A DNA stretch of 64,000 bases from Patescibacteria group bacterium (GTDB lineage: Bacteria; Patescibacteriota; Patescibacteriia; Patescibacteriales; UBA12075). Position 1 is the first letter of the stretch. Each line of letters begins with the position of its first letter. Under the pieces are notes generated by a model, which did not search any database, was not told the DNA's origin, and saw only the letters and a list, made by a program, of their open reading frames with translations. Position numbers and translations under genes: made by a program. The stretch is from NCBI GenBank assembly GCA_018897195.1, contig JAHILH010000001.1, forward strand, positions 284,565 to 348,564, written 5' to 3'. This document shows, in pieces, positions 60,565-64,000 of this stretch.

Positions 60565-62526
60565 TTAATTCACTAACGAACTCGTATCCCCTAGGGCTTG
60601 TCCAAGTTCTTTTGCCTTCAAAACTCGTCTCATAATCTTACCACTTCGAGTCTTTGGCAAAGTTGCTACAAATTCGATATCCTTGATAACTGCAATCGGT
60701 CCGATGTTCTTACGAACGTGCTTACGTAATTCCAATTTCAAGTCATCTGATCCTGTCACACCTTGTTTTAAGATAACAAAGGCTTTGATAATTTCACCAC
60801 GCAATTCATCGGGAATACCAATAACCGCCGCTTCGGCCACATTGTGATCTGACACAAAGGCACTTTCTACTTCGGCGGTACCGATTCGATGACCAGCAAT
60901 CTTCAAGACATCATCTGTGCGACCTTGAATATAGAAATAACCATCTTTATCCTTGAAAGCCACGTCGCCGGCGAAATAAACACCTTTAACTTCTGACCAA
61001 TAGGTCTTGATATATCTTTCTGGATTGTTGAATATTGTTCGAATCATACTTGGCCATTGGTTACGAATTACCAAGAAACCGCCATGACCAACTGGCACTG
61101 GCTTACCTTTCTTGTCCACCACATCAGCGATAATACCTGGGAAAGGCTTACAAGCGCTACCTGGTTTCAAAGTTGCTGAAGGTAAAGGGGTAATCATGTG
61201 CATACCAGTCTCTGTTTGCCACCAAGTATCCATAATTGGAACGCGTTTCTTGCCAATATTTTCATGATACCATTTCCACGCTTCCGGATTGATCGGCTCA
61301 CCAACAGAACCCAAAATACGTAAACTTGGCATCTTATATTTCTTTGTCCACTTTGTACCATAGCGCATCAAAGCTCTAATCAAAGTAGGCGCAGTATAAA
61401 ATACATTTACACCATACTTCTCCACCATAGTCCACAAACGATCTGGATTTGGAATATCTGGCACACCTTCATACATCAAAGTGGTAATACCAGCTAACAA
61501 AGGACCATAGACGATATAACTATGACCAGTAATCCAACCCGGATCAGCGGTACACCAATATATTTCATCGCCTTTCAAATCAAACACCCATTTAATTGTG
61601 CGCAAAACACCCACTTGGTAACCACCAACTGCGTGAACAATACCTTTTGGCTTGGAAGTGGTGCCAGAAGTGTAAAGCACAAAAGCCGGATCTTCAGAGT
61701 CCATCTGTGCACATTTCGCCTCCATTGGCATGCCTTTAACAAAGTCCTCATACCAAACATCAATTTTCTTATTGAAAGCTACTTTCTTTTTATTATTTTT
61801 AACAACGATTACTTTTTTAATTGATTTGCAGGTCTTCACCGCCTCATCAACTGTTGTTTTCAAATCAACCACAGAGCCACGACGGAAAGAACCATCCGCG
61901 GTAATGATTAATTTTGCCTTCGCATCTTGAATACGATCAGCCAAAGCCATTGCTGAGAAACCGGCATAAACAACGCTATGCATGGCACCCACGCGCGCGC
62001 AAGCCAACATGGCAAAAGCTGTTTCTGGAATATTCGGCATGTAGATAGCGACTCGATCACCTTTTTTTACACCTTCTTTCCGCAAAGCGTTTGTCAATTT
62101 ACTAACTTCGTTAAATAATTGCAAATAAGTATATTTACGAGTGCGTCCGGTTTCATCCTCCCATAAAATGGCATTCTTCTTGCGCATCATTTCTTCTTTT
62201 GAGCCTTTTGCCACTTTTAAAAGTTTGCCATTAATATCAACACCAATGTGACGATCAATCGCATTGTAAGAAATGTTAATTTTTCCGTCCACAAACCATT
62301 TATAAAACGGCTTCTTACTGCTATCCAAAGCCTTGGTCCAAGGCTTGAACCATTCTAGGTCATGAGCTGCCTCTTCCCAAAATTTCACGGTGTCTTTCGC
62401 CGCCGCTTTTAATGTTTTTTCATAATCAGGCACATTGGCTGTGCTGATAACCTTCTTGGAAGGCACATACTTTTTTTCCTCCGCCTGTAAGACGTCGGTA
62501 AGTTCTTTGTCTTGTTTCTTTGCCAT
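60565..62526 (-). CDS. acs: Acetyl-CoA synthetase (AMP-forming)
   Basis: 653 aa. Motifs FVLYTSGTTSKPKG, WWQTETG, YFAGD, GRTDDVLKIAGHRIGTAEVE, LPKTRSGKIMRR. Confidence 0.9.
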   Translation of the reverse strand: MAKKQDKELTDVLQAEEKKYVPSKKVISTANVPDYEKTLKAAAKDTVKFWEEAAHDLEWFKPWTKALDSSKKPFYKWFVDGKINISYNAIDRHIGVDINGKLLKVAKGSKEEMMRKKNAILWEDETGRTRKYTYLQLFNEVSKLTNALRKEGVKKGDRVAIYMPNIPETAFAMLACARVGAMHSVVYAGFSAMALADRIQDAKAKLIITADGSFRRGSVVDLKTTVDEAVKTCKSIKKVIVVKNNKKKVAFNKKIDVWYEDFVKGMPMEAKCAQMDSEDPAFVLYTSGTTSKPKGIVHAVGGYQVGVLRTIKWVFDLKGDEIYWCTADPGWITGHSYIVYGPLLAGITTLMYEGVPDIPNPDRLWTMVEKYGVNVFYTAPTLIRALMRYGTKWTKKYKMPSLRILGSVGEPINPEAWKWYHENIGKKRVPIMDTWWQTETGMHMITPLPSATLKPGSACKPFPGIIADVVDKKGKPVPVGHGGFLVIRNQWPSMIRTIFNNPERYIKTYWSEVKGVYFAGDVAFKDKDGYFYIQGRTDDVLKIAGHRIGTAEVESAFVSDHNVAEAAVIGIPDELRGEIIKAFVILKQGVTGSDDLKLELRKHVRKNIGPIAVIKDIEFVATLPKTRSGKIMRRVLKAKELGQALGDTSSLVN

Positions 62527-62548
62527 AGTTTTTTTATTAGTTAGTATC

Positions 62549-63535
62549 TTATTTTTTTAAAATTTCTTTCTTGGTTAATAAACCAGTCTGTGCGCCATGA
62601 TGTGAGACGATTGAAGAGGTGTTCTTTGCGCCCAACCACATTGCCTTTTGAATATCACCTTTAAACATTTTCAATCCAGCCACAAAGCTCGCACCAAAAG
62701 CATCACCAGCTCCAGTTGTATTAATTTTTTTGCCTTCCTTGATAATACCTTGATGATAAAAATTTTCGCCATCATAAGCATCGGCACCATCACCTCCCCG
62801 GGTAATCAAAACAATCTCTACGCCCCAGCTCTTAATTGCCTTTAACAAGTTCTGTATATCGTCAAAATAAGCCTTATTTTGTTTTTTATACAAACCTGAA
62901 GAATACACTAACTCAGTTGCCTCTTCCAAATTTAAACACAAAACAGCTGTTTTTTCTAAATATTTACTCAAGACTTTGTAACCGCTATTGATCTGGATAT
63001 GACCAGGATTCCAGGCAATTTTAACCTTTGACTTAAAAACAGAGTCCAAAACATTTTCCCATTTACCCGACAATGAAGAAATATAAATCCACGCCATTTG
63101 TCTTATCATCCGATATTGGCCCGCTGAAATTGCCAATGCCGAATTGGCTGCTCGATTAGAAAAAACAATATGCTCATTGCCTTGTCCTTCTAATAAAAAA
63201 GAGAAACCAGTCTCGATATCCTTATGTCGTTGAACCAAGTTAATACCGACTTTATTTTTTTGAAAATTCTTAATAATCCCATCACCACGAGAATCCATTC
63301 CGATCGAAACAATAGCTGTCACATTAAGCCCTAGACGCGCCATGCAAACAGCCGCATTTGCAGCCCCACCACCAAAGGTTGAACTAGAATGATCGATTTT
63401 CATCTTTTGACCATAGTCAAAAGCCAATAAGTGCGGGTGCAAAACATTATCTGGATTGTCAATCAAAGTCCCCTCCTTAGTTAAAAATGTAAAATCCTCC
63501 GTCGCACCACCAATGGTGACAAAATTATACAACAT
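62549..63535 (-). CDS. PfkB-family carbohydrate/nucleoside kinase
   Basis: GGGAANAA near the N-terminus and NTTGAGDAFGASF near the C-terminus. Substrate not assignable. Confidence 0.75.
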   Translation of the reverse strand: MLYNFVTIGGATEDFTFLTKEGTLIDNPDNVLHPHLLAFDYGQKMKIDHSSSTFGGGAANAAVCMARLGLNVTAIVSIGMDSRGDGIIKNFQKNKVGINLVQRHKDIETGFSFLLEGQGNEHIVFSNRAANSALAISAGQYRMIRQMAWIYISSLSGKWENVLDSVFKSKVKIAWNPGHIQINSGYKVLSKYLEKTAVLCLNLEEATELVYSSGLYKKQNKAYFDDIQNLLKAIKSWGVEIVLITRGGDGADAYDGENFYHQGIIKEGKKINTTGAGDAFGASFVAGLKMFKGDIQKAMWLGAKNTSSIVSHHGAQTGLLTKKEILKK

Positions 63536-63603
63536 ACTTTTTTATTTTAAAAATTAAATATACTTTAAAATAATTATAGCATATTTTTTAAATAAATGAA
63601 AAA

Positions 63604-64000
63604 TTAATGATATAAAAATGCAAATATCACCCTGGAAATCTTTTTTAACAACAAGCCCAGGACCAAAAACAACCCCAAATACAAGACCACGGCCAGCCAG
63701 GCGGGCATAAATCTCAAAAATAAATCATAATGTGATAAAATTGGCCAGTGCAAGAGATATATTTCGTAAGAATAAAAGCCAAAAATATGAAACAGATTAA
63801 TATCAACCTTTTTAAGTAAAAATAGAGCTAGAATCGCAGCCATAGTGATCAGACTGATTGCCTGCTCCACATCTGGCAATTCTCCCACTCCGGAATAATA
63901 GGCAGTGTAAAAAATTAACGCCAATAGAGAGATAATTAACCCCACTTCTCCTGTTTGTTTGGCCGCGTCTAGTAGGCGATGCTGCCAGCTTTTATTTTCT
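63604..64000 (-). CDS. Acyltransferase-3 family membrane protein, C-terminal part; 5' end lies outside the window
   Basis: The reading frame stays open upstream of the track's GTG at 63945 to the window edge (...ENKSWQHRLLDAAKQTGEVGLIIS...). The C-terminal SYEIYLLHWPIL motif is typical of the acyltransferase 3 family. Confidence 0.6.
   Translation of the reverse strand, partial: ENKSWQHRLLDAAKQTGEVGLIISLLALIFYTAYYSGVGELPDVEQAISLITMAAILALFLLKKVDINLFHIFGFYSYEIYLLHWPILSHYDLFLRFMPAWLAVVLYLGLFLVLGLLLKKISRVIFAFLYH

Noticed and set aside
1-64000. Alternative genetic code (UGA as a sense codon, as in some candidate phyla)
   Set aside because: All long conserved genes (dnaB, gatB, acs, eno, murJ and others) are uninterrupted under the standard code. 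One ORF appears to terminate at TGA.

Overview
AT-rich, gene-dense bacterial chromosome segment with about 67 protein genes, 1 RNase P RNA and 2 tRNAs. I saw no rRNA, CRISPR array, transposase, integrase or recognisable defence genes. Several traits suggest a streamlined Patescibacteria/CPR-like genome, though this is inference only: a DUF4012 protein, an O-antigen-ligase/TPR protein, many tiny membrane proteins, tRNAs without encoded CCA plus a CCA-adding enzyme, rplK-rplA not followed by rplJL, and a compact lower-glycolysis operon. Layout: surface-polysaccharide cluster (1-8337); rnpB; an island of stand-alone small membrane-protein cassettes (9015-10394); secE-nusG-rplK-rplA; a deoxythymidylate island (13014-17570: dCMP deaminase, a 480-aa tandem ThyX-like protein, two NMP-kinase paralogs, a Tmk-dUTPase fusion); gatB; a CDP-alcohol phosphatidyltransferase; tRNA-Lys/Thr; dnaB; ybaB-recR; rplU; malic enzyme; MFS transporter; a degenerate UppS-like gene; a secreted phosphodiester glycosidase; cyclophilin; cca; two tandem gpmI genes, then eno and pgk; mreB; DUF4012; a response regulator plus oversized HlyD-type adaptor plus MacB-like ABC exporter; a Tgt-like gene; GT-C-like membrane proteins; mltG; murJ; a second small-protein cassette island (59289-60501); acs; a PfkB kinase. 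The most interesting signals are listed here. (1) A family of ~165-bp REPIN/MITE-like elements whose terminal hairpins keep pairing through compensatory changes, plus a second GC-rich repeat family. (2) A conserved array of ATTNGCA heptads just upstream of two dNTP-metabolism genes. (3) A fused double-ThyX protein whose signature motif is split between its halves. (4) UppS-like and Tgt-like proteins that have lost residues I recall as catalytic or Zn-binding. (5) Promoter-RBS-terminator cassettes for small membrane proteins. All functional calls rest on motif recognition by eye. No database search, HMM scan or RNA folding was run.
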